A stretch of 62,510 nucleotides of DNA, filler included, from Hausera hauseri (lineage: Eukaryota): NCBI GenBank assembly GCA_046269625.1. It is 12 parts of 12 records of this genome, joined end to end, with 100 filler letters (N's around TTAATTAATTAA, not from the genome) between each part and the next. Parts side by side here need not be neighbours in the genome. Positions count along the whole stretch, not along the records: positions 9,820 to 16,144 come from JBJURY010113209.1; positions 16,245 to 21,205 come from JBJURY010377703.1; positions 21,306 to 25,511 come from JBJURY010701660.1; positions 25,612 to 29,864 come from JBJURY010674440.1; 8 more parts are not named here. One strand, given 5' to 3'. Made by a program: the position numbers and the translations under genes. Positions 12,932 to 26,773 of this stretch are shown piece by piece. Under the pieces are notes generated by a model. The model was given only the letters and a program-made list of their open reading frames with translations. It did no database searches and was not told where the DNA came from. The stretch's first letter is position 1; the number at the start of each line of letters is the position of its first letter.

Positions 12932-15900
12932 ATGTTGATAAACTTATGTAACTCTATACGTTTCGATATTCGTCGATTTGAAATTTGTTTTGCGCAAGCA
13001 GGCATTCCAGCAAAAGGAAGTATCTGGCGCACTTTCCTCACGCATTTTTTTACTGAATTCGGTGTAGCTGGACCGTGGCGACGCTCGAGTCTGCGGCACC
13101 ACACTACCCTCCGTTATAAAATGACACTGTTGTGGCGACACTGCAGCATTCACAATAGATCAACAACAACAAAATGCAATGCTGCAGCAACAAATTGCGC
13201 AATTATGCACAGAAAATGAAACATTATAAAAAACAATCAACAACATTAACGACAAACTAAACGCATTAACACTACCTCGACGTTTTTCTAGGCCTGCTTC
13301 CCCTGGTGTATTTAATCAACGTTAAAGACGGTCGCCTTCGCCCGCGCGGTCATTATCATAGCAAATTTTGCAACAATGCTCAGAAATTCTGCATCGGTTG
13401 TAAATTTTATTCCCCTGGTTTTAATACAAGCAACATCGTTTGCATCTACCACTCCAAATTTGGCACAAAAGCACAAAAAGGCCTACCTGACTGTACCTAC
13501 AGCACATACAATAAGACCAACACTAATAAGCTCAAACAAAACAGTAGGCCAAATTCACAAGGTCCAAAAAGCTAATTTCGCCGCAAGGACACACGGCAAG
13601 TCCTAGCAAAGGCAACAACCCGCAAAAACATAGCCGACATATTTCTTTTACTGTATTCACATTGGAAGCAGCGGTCATCACTCCAACAAAGCAAAAATTA
13701 ACTTAGACACTGGCGCAGCCATCTTTCTACTGCCACCAACACAACACATTTAACACAATTACACTTGCCAAAAGCAACTGGTCACTGCGTCTGGTGAACC
13801 TTTACAAATTTTTGGAGTCACCACATTGACATTCACCTTCCCACATTTTACAAACACATTCACAGAAATTTACAATTATGTACGCACACCTATATTGGGT
13901 TAAGACTTTATGTCCCACTACAATTTACTTGTAGATTGCAAACAATGTTCCTTAAAGAGCGGAAATAATCTTAATCAAATTAGCAGCCTTTCGATGACCA
14001 CCCCGACGATCGCGCCCAATAAGTCAATATTAAGGAAAACGACTACCGATTTGAATTATTTTTATAATCATTTATTGTACAGAAATTTTTATTACGGTGA
14101 CAAATGCGATATTGCCAACTGCTTGGCACTTATTAATAATAGCACAGTTGCCAACACCATCTTCAATACGAACATCCTATACCAAATACCTCCCAGTCGC
14201 AACTCCTCATCTATAACTCATAACTCAACTGCATCCAGTCACCTTACATCGACACCATCGGATAATTTGTCATCCTTGTCTTATCATTTACAGTAATACA
14301 TTTCGTCCTCCTGCACGCATCTGCTGCAAAAGGACAAATCATTCATACCACCTCACTCCACCTTTCATCACATAGTAACAGCTCATCAAAGACCAATACG
14401 TCAAAAGGTCAGCGCGCTATCGCCTCGCCGCAGATAGGCAGTGGAGGCTGAGTTTCTCGAACTGGAAAGATCCGCCATAATCAGAAAATCCAAATCCCCT
14501 GGTCTTCACAACTACATGTGATTCCAAAAAAAGATGGTACCTTTCGCACATGCGGTGATTACCGCCAACTCAATATCATAACAACAATGGATGCCTACCC
14601 TCTACCATTAATCAACGATATCCTTCACTGGCTCCATGGTTAGACCATCTTTTCCTGCATTGATTTGCACAAAGCATACTACCAAATTCCGGTGGTCCCA
14701 GTAGAAATTCCCAAAACAGCTGCCGTTACCCTTTCAGCCTTTTCGAATATCTTTTTATGCCTTTTGAACTCCGTAGCGCTTCCCACAACTTACAAAGGCA
14801 TATCGACACAGTTCTTTGAGGTTTAGACTTCGGATGACATCTTAATTGCATCATCTTCCTCGAAGCAGCACTTCGAACACCTACGTTTGATCTCCCAAAT
14901 CGTGCAACAAAACAATTTGCAAATTAATTTCGCCAAATGCTCCCTTTTTTCAACATAAGATCAACTTCCTAGGACATGTTATTAGCTCCTCCGAACATTC
15001 ACCTCAGCCAGAGCGCATCACACAGCTCAAAAACATTCATATACCACGTACATCAAAAGAGATGCGTTCTTTCCTGGGAACCTTGTACTTTGTTCATAAG
15101 CACGTTTCGCACTGTTTCACTCTAACTGCTCCATTTGCATCACTAAGCTCTGGCAAGAAGAAACAGCCTATTCAATGGACCGCCAACTTAGTCAATGATT
15201 TCGATCGCATCAAGACAATTTAAAAACTGGAAATTATGCCCTATCCATACTCCCATGCAGAACTTTTCTTAACCACCGACGCGTGAACAACAGCTGCAGG
15301 TGCTGCCCACATCAAGTTAAAAATGGATCCCATGAGCCATTGGAATTCTTTTCTCGAAAATTCACAGCACAAGAACAAAGATATTCCACCTTTAACACAG
15401 AGTTGCTTGCAATGGTCCTTGCCGTAAACCACTTCAAACATCTCATAACTGCATGAACTTTCACAAGACAAACGGACCACAAGCCCTTACTTCAAATTCT
15501 CACTATGAAATCGCCTTCCCCACGTCAGGAGAGGTAAATATCGTATTTGTCAACATTTAGTTTTGTAATTAAGCACTTAGACGGAGTCGGCAATTTAGCA
15601 GCTGACTGTTTGTCCCGATCAGTCAGCTCGACTGGTTTCACACCAATTTTTCCCCAATCCAAACGTCAGCAAAATCAGCCACCTCCTGACATCCTTAAAT
15701 CTATTAAATCTTGCAAAACCATCGACGGCGTGGCATTCGACACCTCCTAACCTAAAATTCCCAAAATCATTCTTTCTGGGTCGCTTCAAAAGGAAGCGTT
15801 CCACAGTGTACATTCGTTGCATCATCCCGATACCAAGGCCACTTTTCGCATCTTACCACGTCAAGTAGTATGGCCGTCAATGCGCTATGACGTGCAGGCA

Positions 15901-16020
15901 TGAGTAAGGCAGTGTGGCATGCAAAAAATACAAAGTTGTTAAGCACCAAAAGCCACCACTATTTCATTTCCCTGCACGTCTCGTTTTGAATCTCTTCACA
16001 TTTACCTTGTACGCCACTAC
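12932..16020 (+). mobile_element. Ty3/Gypsy family 1, degenerate copy (partial gag, PR, RT, RH, integrase Zn finger)
   Basis: CIYHSKFG, LDTGAA, HYNLLVDC, IDLHKAYYQIP, GVGNLAADCLSR, HSLHHP; collinear with 6180-9719. Confidence 0.88.
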
Positions 16021-16559
16021 CATTAGACTACATTCATATTCTTAGAAATCCATAAAAACAATACTAGCATAACCACTGAAATTAACATCCAAAGATTTAT
16101 TTTCATCAAATAATTTTATAAGTATGAAACGTGGATGTCAAATANNNNNNNNNNNNNNNNNNNNNNNNNNNNNNNNNNNNNNNNNNNNTTAATTAATTAA
16201 NNNNNNNNNNNNNNNNNNNNNNNNNNNNNNNNNNNNNNNNNNNNGATATTAAGGGTCGAATATTTAAAGGGGTACGAGCAGCATCCTTTAATATGAGTGT
16301 AAAACTAATGTACATGCATAATATAATAGTGTACTAGTATAGTATAATATACTGCAAAAACAATAACGCACGTACGTGGATTGTATTGTTCACAGTAACT
16401 GTGAGAAAGTAATCGAGAGCTAGCTGATAACGCCGCTGTTATAGTAACTAATATATTATATTATTTTTATTATTTTAATTGGGTAATTATTTTTAGTAAC
16501 TTTTCTGCATGCATTTTAGTATGATTTCATACTGGTTTTTAAGTAGAACCATCATAAGT

Positions 16560-18760
16560 ACTGATGAATAAACAGGGTATTCATATTGCTCCATGTTTAG
16601 ATATTATTGAAAACCACTAAACTGTTGTTCGTTTAATTAATGTACATCACCAACAAAAGATTATGAAGAAACGAACTCGAATCAGTATCGTATACAACGC
16701 ACAATATGTCGAATATGCATTAGACGACAATCTAGAAAGTGAAACGATATCCAACAAAACGAATAATAATCTTCTAAAGTTCCCTAGAACATTTATCAAT
16801 GAAAAATTAAAATGTGATGGAAACATTAGCTTAACAGATGAGCAAGAAGGTCAACTTCGAAAATTATTAATAAAGCATCAGGACGTATTTACTCGTAACG
16901 AATATTAACGATTAAGACTTTAAAACATTCTACAAAGTTAGAAAAGAATAAAGAGAAACCTATCAAAGTGACCATATCATTTAAGTTATGATAAAAATAT
17001 TCAAGCACGGGAAATTATTATAGAAATGAACGAGCATAAAATCATATGCCCTAGTCACTCTCCGTGGACAGCTCCCATGATCATTGTAAAGACGAAAGAT
17101 GGTACAATGAGGTTCTGTTCAGAATATCGGGATCTGAACAATGTAACTGAGAAAGATACTTATCCTTTACCACGGATAAATGATCTTTTGTATCAGCTTC
17201 ACGATGCAGTTATATTTACTACCGTCCATCTGCAAAAGAGATATTGGCAGGTAGAAATCGAAGAAGATAAGCCTAAAACTATGTTTTCCATTGGCAAAGG
17301 GCTATGGGAATTCGAAAAGATGCCATTTGGGTTAACGAATGCGTCCGAAACTTTCCAAATATTGATGGATCTTGTGCGGTTAGGATCAGAGCACACTTTA
17401 GTGTGCGTGGATGACATTATAATTGCTTCACCAAATTTTAAACAACACTTGGAAGATTTGGAGGATTTGTTCAACAGACGTAAAATAATTGGTGTAAAAA
17501 TTAATTTAAATGTGAATTCGGCAAAAATTAAGTGGACTTTCTGATACATCGAGTATCTAGTAGTTAGGATCGGTATGGTCGGCAATATCGGCGGTTCAAA
17601 ATCAGGATTATCACTTGACATCTTATCGGCCTTTCCTATCGAATCCGTTTCACGCATTTCGTCAAAAAGTTAAATATTTTATTCATTACAAATATTCAAA
17701 GAAATTTTCGTTTATGAAAAATAAATCATTTTAATTATTATTTATTTTTCTGAGCCATCACTCTAGTAAAAACATTGGACCCCACAAGAAAAAATACTGA
17801 ATAAAGTAAGATTTTCCGAAAACACTAAAGTCCTTTAGGCGTTTTCTGGGAATTGCTGGTTATTGTAGAAAGCACACAAAAGATTTTCATATAATAGCTA
17901 CACCATTATATGAACTTATCAAGGACGAGAGTTCTCCTAAATGAACAACAAAATGCCAAAGACTTTTATCTCCTCCAATATTGCAATATCCAGGCTTAGC
18001 GAAACCGTTGAGTTTAATGACCGATGGCTGTAATGTTGGTCTTGGTGTGGTACTCACACAAATGGGTGAAGATGGAAAAGAGCATGCAGTAACTTATGCA
18101 GGAAGAAGTTTGAAAAAGCTTGAAAAAGATTATTCAACGATAGAGAAAGAATTACTGTCAGTAGCTTATGCAATGGAGTTGTTTAGTTCATACACTAGTG
18201 AGACAAAAGTTATAAAGGTTTATACCCATCATAAACCATTGTAGTGGTGTATGTACTTTCTACTATGGTTAATTAACGGCCGGATGATTGGGACGATTTT
18301 ATCAAATCATGCTTATTCGCTGCTCGAATGGAAATACGTCCAGAAACAATGGCAACTCTTTTATCTAATGCATTTGAGAGACGCAAATATATCGATAGAT
18401 GTTAAATTTTTTCCACCAACGGCACATTTAATAGAAATATCCGATTACAAATAGTTAATGTTAGAACGCCTGGGAGAAGTATGGAGCACGGCAGGCATCC
18501 AAACGACAAACTATCAGGCCGATTATAAGGACGCATGACGACAGAACGAAAATGCATAAATTTCAAGTTGGAGATAAAGCTATGTCACACGTACCTCTTC
18601 CTAAGAAAGGAAAGACATCAAAATTAGATCGCCCATATAAAGGACCCTATATAATTGAAAAGCTTGACAATACAAATTTATATTTAAGAAAAAATAAGGG
18701 ACGAAAGGCATGCATGGTGAAAGTGCATGTTAACCGGTGTTAAGAAGTCAAGATTTAAAT
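16560..18760 (+). mobile_element. Ty3/Gypsy pol fragments (family 2): RT, RNase H, integrase C-terminus
   Basis: SPWTAP..DGTMRFC, DTYPLPRI, MPFGLTNA, CVDDII; TDGCNVGLGVVL, YSTIEKELL; GPY/F motif DRPYKGPY. Confidence 0.88.
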
Positions 18761-19103
18761 AGCTCTCAAACTATAGAAACAACACGAATTAAAACTTAAG
18801 AAAGGAAGAGTGAAACACAAACAATTCCCAGGTCAAAAGTAAAGAGAACTCCACATTCTCAGAATAATAGGATTCAGTCGGAAAATCTGGTTCAACGCTT
18901 TTAAATACCATAAATCTCGTTGTTTTCCAAACGAGTACAATCTTAGAAGCTATCGTACACGAGGGCGTGAAGATCAGATTTGAATGTTACCATGAAGAAA
19001 AAAAGTTGACGATGGATATTTGACGAATACGGAATCAATGTCGTCATATGTGGGCCTTGAGTCTAATTCCGAATAGATAATTAAAATATTTGAAATTTTC
19101 AAG

Positions 19104-20040
19104 TTAACACTTTCGCGCACCGGCGACGCGTATATGCATCCTATGACTTTTAGCGCGATTTTCTTATCTTAACTTTTTCACATCAAATACATTGATATCA
19201 CATTAGTCATCAATAAAAGCATTATACATTTATTCATTCACCTACTCATTCATTCTTTCATTCACAATAAAGTTTCATTTTTTCAAGTGTAATAATCTGA
19301 TTCTGGTTCAGAAACGGATATTTATTCATATTCGAGTGATGGGTATTCGACTGACAATCAACCTGAAATTAGAAGATCACGACGGTTTTATTGGCAAAAA
19401 TCTAATTTTCGTCCTAAAAAATGTGATTTCGACAGTTCTTCATCGGGAATTAGCGATAATATATCAATTGAGAGCTTTTGATTATTTCAAGGTATTCTTT
19501 GATGAAGAAATAATGCAAAAAAACTTTGAAATGGCAAGATGTAACATCATCTGAAATGTATAGATGAAAATTTACTGCTTTACAAGGGAAGCCTATCATT
19601 TACACAGTATTTATCTAACAAGAGAAGTAGATTTGGGATAAAATTTTTCATTTTGTGCGATTATGAAAGTAAGTTCGTGTTAGAATTTATCATTTACACC
19701 GGAAAAGATACAAATGTCGTCAATGGTGAAGAAATTGGCATTTCAGGATCATTGGTAAAACCATTGATGCATCGATACGGGAACCGAAATCATATACTCT
19801 ACATTGGCAACCGGTATTCTAGCCCTATCTTATTCGAATTACTGCAGAAAAACGGACTTGGAGCTTGTGGAACAGTGAAATATTAGCTCTAAAGTATATG
19901 GATAAGAGAGAAGTCTTCAAGCAAAGCTCAGTACATGCTAATGATATGGTCGATACGGGTAAAAAGGATCACAAAACGAAGAGAAACATCATCAAGTCAT
20001 TATGCATAACTGAGTACAACCAATATATGGTGATTTTAGA
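19104..20040 (+). mobile_element. piggyBac transposon relic (PGBD4-like), internally deleted
   Basis: TTAA-CACTTT putative left end; FDYFKVFFDEE; IDENLLLYKG..QYLSNKRSRFGIK..LCD..IYTGK; (D>G)NRYSSPIL..ACGTV. Confidence 0.85.
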
Positions 20041-20699
20041 TTAACTGCGTAGATGTTTTCGTTTGTTGGCTCCGGTCTCGTTCGTATAAGTCGCATATCG
20101 GGAATAAAAGATGTCCTAGTTGAAAAATTTGAAGTCGTCGAAGAAAAAAAACTTCTATTTATGTAAACAAAATTAGAAATTTTCAATATTTTTCCTTTGC
20201 TTTTTGCAATTGCTATCACGGCACTTATTCTGCTTCCCCACACAGTATCCCTGTTTGCCGTAAATTTATAATATAAATAAAAAATAAGAATTTACGGATG
20301 TTATAAATATTGTATTTGATTACGGATTCGTGAAATTTAGAAAAATCCAATGTTAATAAAAAATCATGCCGGAAATTCTATTTGTTTTAAGCACAACATA
20401 GGCCCCCAGTGAAAAGTTAACAAATTATATTTAGCAGTTATTTTGACGAATTTATCCAAAAACTGAAGTTTTCGTCGTCCTGATTCTACCAGAGGGATAC
20501 TGTACATGACTATATGGTTTAAACTGCACATTTTTGCGTGATTTTATGGTGACAGCTGGTAGCTCGTTTGACGAGTTTGTGGAAAGTAGTTTGCGTTTGC
20601 GCATTTCCTGCTCCCATTTGCGTAGTCAGTAGAAAAGGAGACATTGTTTCGTTATTTTGACAATTATAGGAGCATTAGATCGCGGTTAGTTTGGCTATT

Positions 20700-21160
20700 A
20701 TTTTGAATTAATGCTTGTTTTGGAGAGTCCGGTTGTGGTAAGGTAAATAAATCATATAACAAAGGTTTATTGTTAGGGGGTTTCATTTTCACTAACCGTT
20801 TTTTCTGCATCGTCTGTGATAAAGAAGGCTCGTTTCACGTTTGAAACGTGAATGACTACTTCCTTTCCGTCCAAAATATGCCGGTTGAAAAGCGTTACGT
20901 TTCTTTCTGGCAGGAATGTCTTTTCCTGGTTTAACACTCTGCAAAATTTAACACTCTGCGTTAATATTCCTTCACTTTCCGCAACGTCAAGAAGTGCCTT
21001 GATAGATGTTCCAAACAAAGCTGGTGCCGGGGGGGCAGTCAGTTAATGTTGATGGAGTATTTCTCCAACCGAAGAGAATTGGCTTCGGCGAAGATTTTTA
21101 ACGATACCTTCAGCGTTCTGTGAAAACGTTCGATTGAGCCGTTTGTCAATGAAAAATCAT
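20700..21160 (-). mobile_element. Gypsy integrase C-terminal remnant
   Basis: NGSIERFHRTLKVSL; PAPALFG. Confidence 0.65.
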
Positions 21161-21329
21161 TGTTTTAGGCACAACAAATTGGATATGGAAAGAAGTTTTT
21201 CTGAANNNNNNNNNNNNNNNNNNNNNNNNNNNNNNNNNNNNNNNNNNNNTTAATTAATTAANNNNNNNNNNNNNNNNNNNNNNNNNNNNNNNNNNNNNNN
21301 NNNNNATTCATAAGAGGAGGAAAATAAGG

Positions 21330-21456
21330 TTCATTTACTGATTGAATTGAGTGAAATGTTATATCAACTTTTACAATAAAAAACTTATGGAAAATTCTAC
21401 TTTACAATACTCGTGTGACGTTGATGTCGGAATGGTAGATACACGAACTACTTACA
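21330..21456 (+). repeat. About 125-bp repeat, probable LTR 3' end, truncating the family-3 pol; homologous copy at 45879-46002
   Basis: Shared TGACGTTGA(T/G)GTCGGAATGGTAGATAC..CTACT(T/A)ACA, upstream AATAAA, terminal CA. Confidence 0.65.
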
Positions 21457-23920
21457 GTCATAATAGCACTTGTTTTCGTTTTTAATCGTGACAATGCATC
21501 CGCATCAACGTGCTTCATACCAGGTTTATATCGGAATTCAATATTATATCTCGAGATCTCTTCAATCCATCTAATCAACCTACACGAAGGGTTGTTTGCT
21601 CGTGCCTTTAAAGTTGTAATTGCCTTGTGATCGGTAACTATTATTATCTTCTGTCCATATATGTAAACGGTAAAATGCCTTAATGCTTCTTTTACTGCTC
21701 GAGTTTTTAGTTCGGTCACTGAATAATTTTTCTTTGCTTTCTTCAGGGAGCGTCCTCCATAAGCGATTGGGTGTTCTAGTTCTTCATCTTCGCGTTTCTG
21801 TGCCAATTCATATCCAATACCTTCTTTACTTACGTCTGTTTTAATAATAAACGGTAAGTTAAAATCAGGATATCTCAGTACTGGTTCGCTAGTTAGTATC
21901 TTCTTCATTTTGTCGAACGCCTATTGTTCAACGTCGGTCTATCTCCATTTCGTTCCCTTTTTTAATAGTCGATATAATGGCGCATTGATTTTCGAGTTAT
22001 CTGGTACGTAGGTACCATAATATCCACATAGACCTAACCAATGTCTCAGTTCCTTTTGGTTCTGAGGTTCCATACAGTCTGAAATTTTGTTCTGTAATGA
22101 TTTGACAGGCTTGGATCCTCCTTTGCCAACTATATGGCCCAGGTAGGATACGGAGTTTTGAGCCAATCTACATTTCTTTGGGTTCAGCGTCAACCCAGCT
22201 TGTTCTAATCTCATAAGAGTGTCTTTAATATCCGTCAGATGCTCTTTTTCGTCTTTTGATGCAATCAGTACGTCATCTAAGTACGCAAATGCGTGTTCAA
22301 GTCCCATTAGCATTTTGTTCATCATCCTGGTAAATATGGCTGGGCCAGTGGTAATTCCAAATAGCATAACGTTAAATTCGTATACGCCACTGTGAGATTT
22401 AAACGCTGTTTTATAACGATCCTCGTCTTCGATCTCTACTTGCCAATATCCGGATTGTAAGTCCAAAGTTGTAAACCATTTTGCTCCTGATAGACTATCT
22501 AGAGTCTCTTTCACGGATGGTAAGGGAAAAGAATCTTTCATTATGAGAGTATTTAATGCTCTATAATCGATACAAAATCGATATTTCGTGGTACCCTTCT
22601 TTTTGACCATAAGAATAGGGGAATACCACGATCTGAAACTTGGTCGGATTATATCGGCCTTTAACACACGTTCTACCTCTTTGGTTATCTTCTGCCTCAG
22701 GGAATGTGGTAGCGGATACCATTTTGGCATTTTCTGTTCCTTGAGATCGATTTCATCGTCGGAACCAGGCTTTTTCTTAAGTGGTATAGTTAATTTTATT
22801 GTCTTTGCTCGGTCTATGTCTTCTTCGTCCTTCGCAATGATTGATTTATATCGACATAATAATTCGTAAAACTGGCAATAAGCTTCTGGTAAAAACTTCT
22901 TATCGACATGTGGTGGAAATTGGGCGTACTTCTACGGTTTCTCTTCAACCGTTGTTGCTGACATTTTGTAAGTATGCCCTAGAGTAGTGTTAGCATATAA
23001 CCTCACTGGAGTCTGGGCATTATTCACTATCCTTACAGGTATTCGTCCCGACGCTACTCGGGTTAATATACTGCTCAATATTATATTCGGGTTTAGTGCT
23101 TCTTTTGGTTCAAAGTATACTGGCAAATTATCGTCTTGACAGATTTGCGCGAATATCAACTATTCCGTTCTAGGCGGAGTGCTGTCGTCGACCGGAATCC
23201 AGACTTCTTTGGGTTTTCTCTCTATTAATTTTAGTTCTTTTCATCGGTCCGAGCTCGATTAATTTCGAGGTATTCAAATCTATCGCGACGTTTGGTAGAC
23301 GTCTTAATATATCACACCCTGGCACCACATCATCCGTCAATTGTTCCATTATAGAAAATTCATGTTGGAACGTTTGTCCCATTATTTGAAGATTATGATT
23401 CCACTTAAATGTTGGCCTTGATTCTTGTCCGAAACCTCCTATACTTCTGGGGTCTGTTGATAGTGGTAAACGTAGTTGATTCCTTAGTGTTTTTGGTATC
23501 GATCCGTCTTTTATAAATGATTTCTCTGATCCGGTATTTACTAGTGCGTATACTTCTCAATCGTCAATACTAATTTTGGCCAAAGGTCTACATTCTTTTA
23601 TCTTAGGTTGTTTAACGACAGATATCTTGTACGCATTTATATTAATTTCTTGTGCTTTATTTTCGGCTACTTGTCTTAATTCTTCAATGGGATATAATCC
23701 ATTATTTACACTGTTTTTGTTGTCTCGATCCGGCGTATTGATTAGCGGTTTTCGGTTGTTTTGGTTATGGGAGGATTGCATTCGTGGATTGTCCCAAATT
23801 AATGATTTAGTTTCTATATTCCGTGAAATCCTTGGAGAGTATATCACTCTGTGGTCATCCACCGATTGGCGGCACAATTCCGATTTTTCCTTAACTCGGT
23901 AGATGTTTCGTAACACGCCG
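21457..23920 (-). mobile_element. Ty3/Gypsy family 3 pol: aspartic protease, RT, RNase H
   Basis: VYALVNTGSEKSFI (about 23530); RFCIDYRALN, LDLQSGYWQV, AYLDDVLI; KTDVSKEGIG, VTDHKAI, HVDADALSR. Confidence 0.93.
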
Positions 23921-23999
23921 TATTGTTTTTTCCCCTCATAGGGATCTTTGTAACTGAAAGGCTTCCGATAGATTTCCGAACTATAGGAGTTAATGGATC

Positions 24000-25511
24000 T
24001 CTTATCGCTGTCTTTGTATTGCGGTACCGAAGGGGGTAGAGTGGCAAAGGCGGCTGAGCGTCTTACGATTGCTTACCTTGGAGACCGCGTCTCCTCCCTT
24101 AGGCTCATCGTCATCCGAATCGTTTTTTCGAAATTTTGTATTTCTTTGTCCTATAAAAAATATAGGTTTTCTCTTTCGTTGTCTCGCCACGTTGCTTTTC
24201 CATCTGTTTTCTTCGTAGGCCTTCAAAAATTTTCCAAACGATGTTATGATTGCGGTCAAAATTTTGCATGAAAATCAGGTTAGAGTAAATATTTCATAAC
24301 CATTTATGATAGATTGAATTATAGCCTTTACGAGTTGTAACAAGAAGTAGATGACTAAAAATCCTGATGCAGCTTGTCCGAAAATTAAAAATCTTTCCCA
24401 AATGTTATATAATATTTCTGTAGTGACTCTTTGATAATGATTGACGCCAAGTATGGATTCCCATTTTGCTTTATAGCGAGTGTCATCCATTACCGTTGAC
24501 ATGGCTCTATTTAGCTCATGTGCACGTTGTCGAGGGAAGGCTAAAATTTGTTTGAAAGCTTCAATTTCATTTGGTCTGTAAATCCTTTACTTGCAGTGTC
24601 GGCGAACTTATCGTCTGTTNNNNNNNNNNTTATTCCTTTTAACAAATTTATTCCAGTTAATTATCCAGGCGTTGCTATTATTACTCCATTTTGAAGACTT
24701 TTGCAATCTGTCTCACTTCTCTTAAACATAAGTTCGCCTAAGCCTACTTTACATTCTTTTAAAATTGTTGGCTGTGTCGAGTTTTCTAGCAAAACTTTTG
24801 TAAGTAGCATAGCCAATCGCGGTACATTTTGATATATGACTGTCAATTCTTGAATACAACGTTTTTCCTCCACATTTAGGGATACGTCCCGTTTTTCACA
24901 CTCGTAGGTCAACAGAACTTCTCCTGTAACTCTTCCGAAAATGCCTTCTTTCATTGGAATTACAGGTGACGCTAGTTCTGGATTTGCATATATTAAGGCT
25001 ACTTTGGTTCTCATAATTTCTATATCCAATTTACAGTCGTTTGCGATTATCTTGTGAGATAACTGTGCTAGTCCAATTTGCCCTTTATAATAAAAGTAAT
25101 AATCTCTATTCTTTAAATAATCTTCTATTTTTACATCTTGTGTTTGGAGAGAAAAAGTAGCTATTGCAGCTTCTGCTACGAAGAATGCTTCATAATTTGT
25201 GGTTTACATTACTACATCACATCGGGAAAGCATTTACTTCTTAATTAACTTCAATCCGTGACCTTGGGAGATCAATATCCTGGGTGTCGATTGTTCAGCG
25301 ACGTCCTTCCTTGACCTGGCATTATTGTCGGTTGCATATACATATCTTTTTCCCGTGGTTTCGTCAAAATTTATTTCTTTTATTTTAATAAATTTGCAAT
25401 CGTTCATAGGTGGTGGGGTCAAAATAACTATCGAATTTCGGAAAGTACAGGCACCATCTTGGATATGACACTTCTGGTTTTCGGTATATTTTTGTGTAAC
25501 TCTATGGAACA
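24000..25511 (-). pseudogene. Envelope glycoprotein, chuvirus-G/herpes-gB-like class III fusogen (C-terminal half, TM helices, tail)
   Basis: CKLDIEIMRTKVALIYANP..GIFGRVTGEVLLTYEC..RCIQELTVIY; IYRPNEIEAFKQILAFPRQR; WERFLIFGQAASGFLVIYFLLQLV transmembrane segment. Confidence 0.72.
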
Positions 25512-25743
25512 NNNNNNNNNNNNNNNNNNNNNNNNNNNNNNNNNNNNNNNNNNNNTTAATTAATTAANNNNNNNNNNNNNNNNNNNNNNNNNNNNNNNNN
25601 NNNNNNNNNNNCGGTAAGTATATGATGATTCGGCGATATGGGTGCATGGTTTTCATCTTTCTGTCCCAGTTTACCGAATCTTTCATTTGCGTTTCGTTCT
25701 AATTGTTGTAATGCAAGCAAAACCGACACCATCGACGGCAACG

Positions 25744-26773
25744 ATGGGCGACGTGTGGTTCGATCCGCGTCAACCCGTCGGGTATACTGGCGTCGACAAA
25801 CTGGCAAAGACTGTCAAACAGACTCGGAAATAGACCCAACGTTGGCTCGGGAAACAGTTAGCATACATCCTAAACAAACCGATAAGAAGGCGGTTTTCAA
25901 CTCGTGCATACCGTGCTGCCGGTGTAAATAATGTATGGTAAATGAATCTGATGGAAATGATTCTGTACGCTAGCATCAACAATGGGTATCGGTACGTTCT
26001 GACATGTGTTGATGTGTTTAGTCGTTTTGCACGTGCAATTGCTATGAAATCTAAATCCTGTAAAGAGATTGCCGATGCTGTCTAGACACTGATACAACAA
26101 CAACAACAACAGTCACTGAAGCATTTACAAACAGATTTGGGTAAGGAATTCTACAACGCCCACGGTCTTGTAGACTGTTCGGCGTAAACCATTACCCTGT
26201 GTTTTTCCAATTCAAGGCTGCACTCGTAAAAGATTTAATCAAATATTGCGCGGTCACCTAAACAAATTCTTTACGACGCAAAACAACAAACTCAGGATAG
26301 AAGTACTACCAGATATTATTCATGCACACAATCATTAGACACATAGGGGTATCAATGGATTGCGGCCGGTTGAGGTAATCGATGATTTGAACATGTGGCT
26401 TTATCAAAACCCACGAGGACGACAGGCAATTAAACGCCCAAAATATAAAATCGGTGCTTACGTACGTATTTCTAAAATAATTACGATGCCATTCATTAAG
26501 AATTTCAATCAGAACTGGAGCGACGAGGTTTTCCGCATTTTGGCAATCAACACAAAGCAAATACCTGTCATGTACGTTTTAGAGGATGAAAACAGTGAAG
26601 AAATACGCGGTAAATTCTAGGAAAAGGACCTGCAAGTACTGCTCGAGAAACCTGATGTATATCGTATTCAGGAAATTCTACGTTCAAGTGGAAATGGTTA
26701 GAATAAACAATATCTCGTCAATTGGCACGGATACACTACACCGAGTTGGATTTTTGCATCTCAGATTGAGTGA
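25744..26773 (+). pseudogene. Polinton rve integrase with C-terminal chromodomain (copy A)
   Basis: WFDPRQPVGYTGVDKL, GYRYVLTCVDVFSRF, LQTDLGKEFYN, NWSDEVF, YRIQEIL..YLVNWHGY. Confidence 0.9.

Noticed and set aside
25638-25931. ORF MGAWFSSFCPSLPNL.. repeated in Polinton copies A and B
   Set aside because: Alternative frame over the integrase 5' region; DNA similarity between copies explains the conservation
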